DNA of 63,116 nt, the filler included, from Craspedostauros australis (lineage: Eukaryota), in the NCBI GenBank assembly GCA_030167865.1. It is 10 parts of 10 records of this genome, joined end to end, with 100 filler letters (N's around TTAATTAATTAA, not from the genome) between each part and the next. Parts side by side here need not be neighbours in the genome. Positions count along the whole stretch, not along the records: positions 58,302 to 59,400 come from JALAGF010000367.1; positions 59,501 to 63,116 come from JALAGF010000368.1; 8 more parts are not named here. One strand, given 5' to 3'. The stretch's first letter is position 1, and every line of letters starts with the position of its first letter. The notes beneath the pieces were generated by a model that was not told the DNA's origin, ran no database searches, and worked only from the letters and a program-made list of their open reading frames with translations. The position numbers were made by a program, and so were the translations under genes. Positions 58,302-63,116 of the stretch are shown here, piece by piece.

Positions 58302-59398
58302 GCTCCACTTGCGATCTCTGCTTCCACGTCAATCACACTTCCTGGGTCCTGCGATTCTTGGTCTCCATCGCGGTACGCCTCTGATTCAGACTCCTGATGG
58401 CTGGCTTCTTCTGCGGTCATCTTCTCGTCGAAGAATCCGTCCGGGATCTCATCCAGGAACCTGCCTTCTGTTGTCTCTCCCTCTTCGAGACTGGGACGGG
58501 TGTCTTCGAGGGATGGTATTCCGTCGACCATGTCATCCTCATCGGTAGGGGGAAAAGGCTCGTTCGCGAGTGCTTTCTTCTCTCGTGCGAGGTTGACGGC
58601 GAGGGTGTCGCTTTGTTTCCGGACCATTCGTGCCTTCCTTGCGCGTGCGAGGATGATTGGGATCCGGTTCTTCCTCACCTTGAAGAAGTGGCATATGGAT
58701 GGCTTCCGCATGGTTGCGCGGTACTCGTCGGGTGGTTCGCCCCATGCGCCGTCCTGAGCGGAGTAGAAGCACTGGCCATCGGTTATGGCGATACTGAGGA
58801 CCTCGGTGGTTTGGAGGTTGTCATCCAGGTATTCGGAGAGGGTGAGAGGGTAGATGGATTGTTTCTCTACGTGGGAAACACGGTCGGCTTCTGTGATCTC
58901 GTTTCCCTTCGTGCAGAAAATTCGGACTCTGCGGCCACTGTATCCGACGACGATTCCTTGGAAGGGTCCCTTCTTTCCTGCGGGATACAGCACCCTGCAT
59001 CCGGGGACGGGGCAATGAATGCCCTGGTAGAACGGGGTGTACTTTGGGAATGTCATCTTGCGTGTCCTCGTCTGGAATGGGGAGAGGTTGTGTCCGGGGT
59101 CCTGGTTGTGGCGGCTCCGTTTTTGTGGTGAAAGCATGTTCATGTCGCGGAATGCAATGGAGGGTGCGGTCGTGTTCCGTGCCAGGTCTTCCTGGAGATC
59201 AGCAATCAGCATGTCACACCTGTACGTTTCGTGCTCAGGTGTGACGAAAACCCGAGGTGCCAGGCCCGTGTGGAAGGAAGTTTCACAGTTACCTTCTTTG
59301 ATGGCTGGCATGGTGGCTCCAGGTGGCGGTTTCCGGAACTTGGTCGATGTGGCGACGTGTGATTGGTTCCTTGGCATGATGGGCCCTGTCTCCAGCAT
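58302..59398 (-). CDS. Partial hypothetical ORF filling a small contig (possibly TE-encoded)
   Basis: More than 360 open codons bounded by gaps; CPVPGC motif, beta-rich segment and acidic tail; family not recognised. Confidence 0.4.
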
Positions 59399-59500
59399 GT
59401 NNNNNNNNNNNNNNNNNNNNNNNNNNNNNNNNNNNNNNNNNNNNTTAATTAATTAANNNNNNNNNNNNNNNNNNNNNNNNNNNNNNNNNNNNNNNNNNNN

Positions 59501-60352
59501 GAAGTCGTACCTTGACACATCGAGAACATTCGAATGACCGAATGCACACAGGAAGGGTGTCGAGATGTACATGTGAGTATATGTTGAGATGTACGAGTAT
59601 ATGTGCATCATTCACCCGTTTTTCTCTCATACGCACTTAGACGGTATAACTACAATCGTGTAGATAGTATGCTGTGATTCGTCAGAATTACAGTGGAAAT
59701 GGAACACACGAAAATGAGCAAGATTTCTGGAGGAAATTTGCAATCGACGATTTCTGAGAGAATTAGAANATCGTCCGTCCATCCATCAATGGTACCAAGA
59801 GAATCTCAAGGTACTTCCCAACTAAACCTCAGATGACGATATCATCTGACAGACTGCTGCATCACCAATGGAATGTGACATCTGGAGAGCAGAAGGACGC
59901 CTACTGACGTTGACAGGATGTCATTGTGTCACCATGTCGACATCTGTCTCCAAGTCAGAGCAGGAGGCAAAGATCTGATGACCAAAGGGCATCAAGATCA
60001 TGGATACGGGAGGTGAAGTTCAAATGGTAAGTACTCATGGAGTAGGAGCCAGTAAGGAACAAACGGAGTGTTGAATGCGGAGTATGCATTGAACACGGAG
60101 TATCGTGTAGCACGAGCACACGATGTTGAGAGAGAGAGAGAATACAGAGAGGAGCAAGAGAGCATCTTGCGTACCGACTCATAGTCGGAGACTGAATCTA
60201 CGAAACAGATTGAAGCACCGAGAGCATCGGGCAAGAGAATTGGTATACACCAAGAGGATCGGAGTAACCAAGTAATGAAATAGCAAACGAACGACTATCA
60301 ACCAACACCATCTTCCACGATCGTAGGTTACCGTGAGCGGAACTTGCCAACA
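59501..60352. mobile_element. LTR family A, longer copy (ends ...TTGCCAACA)
   Basis: 60091-60352 matches 28518-28783; upstream non-coding sequence runs to the contig edge, so the left extent is inferred. Confidence 0.7.
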
Positions 60353-60661
60353 ATAGAAGACTGTCATCTGTGTGCCTGAGAGTGCTTCACTTCACGTCCT
60401 GAGCACGCAAGCAAGCCAGAATCATTCGGATCGATGTAGTCGTCGCCAAAAGGCTGAAACCCGAAAGAGATAAAAATAGGCACATCCATCGGTCCATAAA
60501 ACTTAAAATATGGTCTAACTCAAAATTGTAACGGTTAATTATTCGTATTAGATCTACAAGGATTACGAATATGTGCTTGGTTTGGATGTAGGAGATATAT
60601 TTTCTGGGGGTCCATTTCAAAGTGTTGGTGGACTCGCTCGAGGGGCTCGTATGCACACTTT

Positions 60662-62086
60662 TCACGCAAATCCGCAACAACTCTTCCAGTTGTTGATCTC
60701 AGTCGTCACAGCCTTCAACAGTTCCTTCATGGGCACGCAAAGCTTCCCCTTACGCGCCTCCAAACTAACGATATGTACACTTTCCGCAGGGGTCTCTGCC
60801 TCTATGTCCACCCCAAGGTACACATGCGAATGATTGATGCCTGAAAGACTCGAAAGCGTCCCGAAGAAATTTGGAATACCATATCCACGTGGGAATATCT
60901 CAATCAGCGATCCGCATCGTGGCATCAGGAACAAGCCAGCACACTGGGCACCGTGAGGTGTGACCAAGATATCGACATTCGCAAATGCCTCTGCTTGCTG
61001 CTCGAATGATGCCCGCTCGAAGAATATCACCGGTGGCTGGTACGTCAGATCGAAGTGTTCCTTCAGAAGTGTAGATACGATTGTCGCATTTATAAGTCTT
61101 CGATGCCTCTTTCGACTGAGGATCACGATACGTGGCTGTAGATCTGTCGCCAGGAGTGAGAGCTGGGCTCTCTTTGATTGCGTTGAATTTGCGTTTGTGT
61201 AGGCATCGAGATCGTCGACAATCAGGGCCTTCGAACAGGAGGTGGCAGGGGCTGCGTAGCCCAGAATGGAGTCTATGACTTTTTGTTTGAAGTGCTGCAT
61301 ATCGTTCGTGTTGGCCATCCTGTAATGGTCGAGGTTCGATGTTCCGGAAAGTAGTAGTTTTGATTGATCAGATGGATAGTCCCTGACGAAATCTTGGGGC
61401 CCACTGTGGATGATTGTGATGTTGTTTTGGTGCAGCATGTGGATGATCGCTCTGTTGAAGGCCGAGTTCTTCCGCATTTGGCTGAATCGGTACTCACCAA
61501 CCATCATGATGTGGGTTGCATTTGGAAAGTGGTTCCACAACGACCAGCACTGGAGGATATGCTGCATGGAATGGGGGAAATGATTGGCGACTTTGTGCTG
61601 CTTGAGACTGCATACCACTGTGTCAAACTTCATGCTTGGAGGTGCCTCGCTGGACGCCCAGACTTCTCGGAAGTCACCGTGCATTTGTGTGATGAATTCA
61701 GTTGGAGGGTAGGATTTGGGGAAGTTGCTGACCTCAAAGAATCCTGGTAGAGATGGGTCCGTCACATCGCAAGTACGTTTGTTTAGGTGAGAGGGTTCCA
61801 CGAATATGGTCTCTGGTGTCATGAGATCTGGGAATGATGTGATGGGATGCGAGATGGAATCCGGCTGCGTAGTTAAAGCGCGTGGATCTGGTCCTGCAAA
61901 TCCAATATCGAAGAGCACCTGTTGTGTATGTGTACTCGTCGTGGAGTAGATGCGACTGCTTTGCCAGATAGTATTCAAAGTCATCAACCCCGCCACTGTC
62001 ATGGTTGCGATGATGGCCTGCTTTATGTTTCGCTTCCTTCCGACGGTTGTGACGATCACATGCTTTGCGCGTCGCTTCCTTGCCAT
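60662..62086 (-). CDS. Glycosyltransferase family 61-like, type II membrane
   Basis: N-terminal TM; NHFPH, PRIVILSR...RRL, SFEQQ...DILVTPHGAQ...LIEIFP. Confidence 0.85.
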   Translation of the reverse strand: MARKRRAKHVIVTTVGRKRNIKQAIIATMTVAGLMTLNTIWQSSRIYSTTSTHTQQVLFDIGFAGPDPRALTTQPDSISHPITSFPDLMTPETIFVEPSHLNKRTCDVTDPSLPGFFEVSNFPKSYPPTEFITQMHGDFREVWASSEAPPSMKFDTVVCSLKQHKVANHFPHSMQHILQCWSLWNHFPNATHIMMVGEYRFSQMRKNSAFNRAIIHMLHQNNITIIHSGPQDFVRDYPSDQSKLLLSGTSNLDHYRMANTNDMQHFKQKVIDSILGYAAPATSCSKALIVDDLDAYTNANSTQSKRAQLSLLATDLQPRIVILSRKRHRRLINATIVSTLLKEHFDLTYQPPVIFFERASFEQQAEAFANVDILVTPHGAQCAGLFLMPRCGSLIEIFPRGYGIPNFFGTLSSLSGINHSHVYLGVDIEAETPAESVHIVSLEARKGKLCVPMKELLKAVTTEINNWKSCCGFA

Positions 62087-63116
62087 GGTGAGGGTGCGAA
62101 TGCTTTCAGCACAAAGAGACGAGACGAGCGAGGTTGGAGCAGACTTGTGAACGCATGCGCTCCGTTGGCTTTGTGGTTGAGGGTGTTGTCATCGAAGCGA
62201 GCAGTTTTTCTGCTGTTTTACGGTGTTTGTGGCGATGTCCGTGTGTTGTGTTGCCACACCAGTCGTGAAGATAGTGGGTACATGGTTCGCCGTGTTGGCC
62301 TGTTTTTGGGTATGGTGGTCATCTTGGCATTTCCTGCACAGATTTGTTCCATTGATGTGCTGCGCGACAATTGGATGTTCGGAGGAGGTATTACCAAACC
62401 AAGATACCTGTGAAACCGTTTAATTGGCGTTGAGCGTGAACACAAGTGTCAACCAATCAGATAGCAGCAGCAGCGTAGCCGAGCGCACGTGTTGCACTCA
62501 GTAAGACTCAGAATCTGCGTTCTTACGCTATTACAACTCATTTTGGGTTTCATGCGTGCAATAACTTGGTTCGTCGCCCTGTCCGAGGAAGTGACAACGT
62601 GCCAGGCTTCCTGGGCGAAGGGGGCCAACTTAAATTGCCGCGGCTCCCAAACACCGAACGGGAAGCCAACGAACTGCGGGCCGCCAAGGTGTCACAAACT
62701 CGAACGAACGAAGGAGTACGAACGGAGGAGTATTGGATCTGGCGTCGTGTTTGTGTATCGAATGGATGGCTCGAAACTTTTACAAGCGGAACGGAAGAGA
62801 ACGGTATGTTTGAAGTTCAGACATCAAGATGGGACGGATGGATCAGGTCGCCAAACAGCAAGCCAGTCAGCCAACCAGTCAGAGTCATCCATTCACCAAG
62901 TCGCTGATGGGGCTTGGGTAATGGCGACAGTAGAGGGATATCGCATTTCACATTCACACCCCTCCATTCATGTCACATGTGGCACTCACGTTCGGATTTC
63001 ACATTGGTACTCGTGACTCGTTCGTGACCTAAACAGAAAGACGACCAATATGACTGAATCGGCTTCTCTTCTGTAGAATATAGTTCGAGTTTAGACTGAT
63101 ATGATCTGAATGCTTC

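Noticed and set aside
19297..59500. Recurrent TTAATTAATTAA motif (could suggest piggyBac TTAA sites or a repeat array)
   Set aside because: Always centred in exactly 44+44 Ns; it is an assembly linker with six-frame stops.

Overview
Eukaryotic draft-assembly window, almost certainly a diatom. The evidence is spliceosomal introns, ASAFAP-type bipartite plastid presequences, a diatom-type LRR protein, a Pro/Thr/Ser-rich secreted protein and diatom-type Copia elements. It is not one continuous locus: nine 100-nt artificial linkers (N44-TTAATTAATTAA-N44) join ten pieces, so gene order across linkers is unproven. Host genes: S10 serine carboxypeptidase, HhH-GPD DNA glycosylase, long-chain acyl-CoA synthetase, CstF-77/RNA14, a secreted two-domain Cys-rich mucin-like protein, ATG6/Beclin-1 (cut by a gap), an LRR membrane protein, an alpha/beta-hydrolase-fold protein, GT47 and GT61 glycosyltransferases, a STAND/AAA ATPase (cut by a gap), an intronless bacterial-like C5 DNA methyltransferase, a small plastid protein, a PLGG1/LrgB transporter and hypotheticals. 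Between them are nested, decayed transposons. Most notable: (1) a retrotransposon 5' end whose primer-binding-site position is a perfect 17-nt complement of sequence inside its own LTR, suggesting Tf1-like self-priming; (2) a ~686-bp LTR-like repeat with AGT...ACT ends that truncates two different Copia pol genes; (3) clear CpG-deamination scars in the transposon sequence; (4) a chromodomain-like module in a Copia pol; (5) a probable GC-AG intron. All family calls come from motif recognition by eye; no database search was run.
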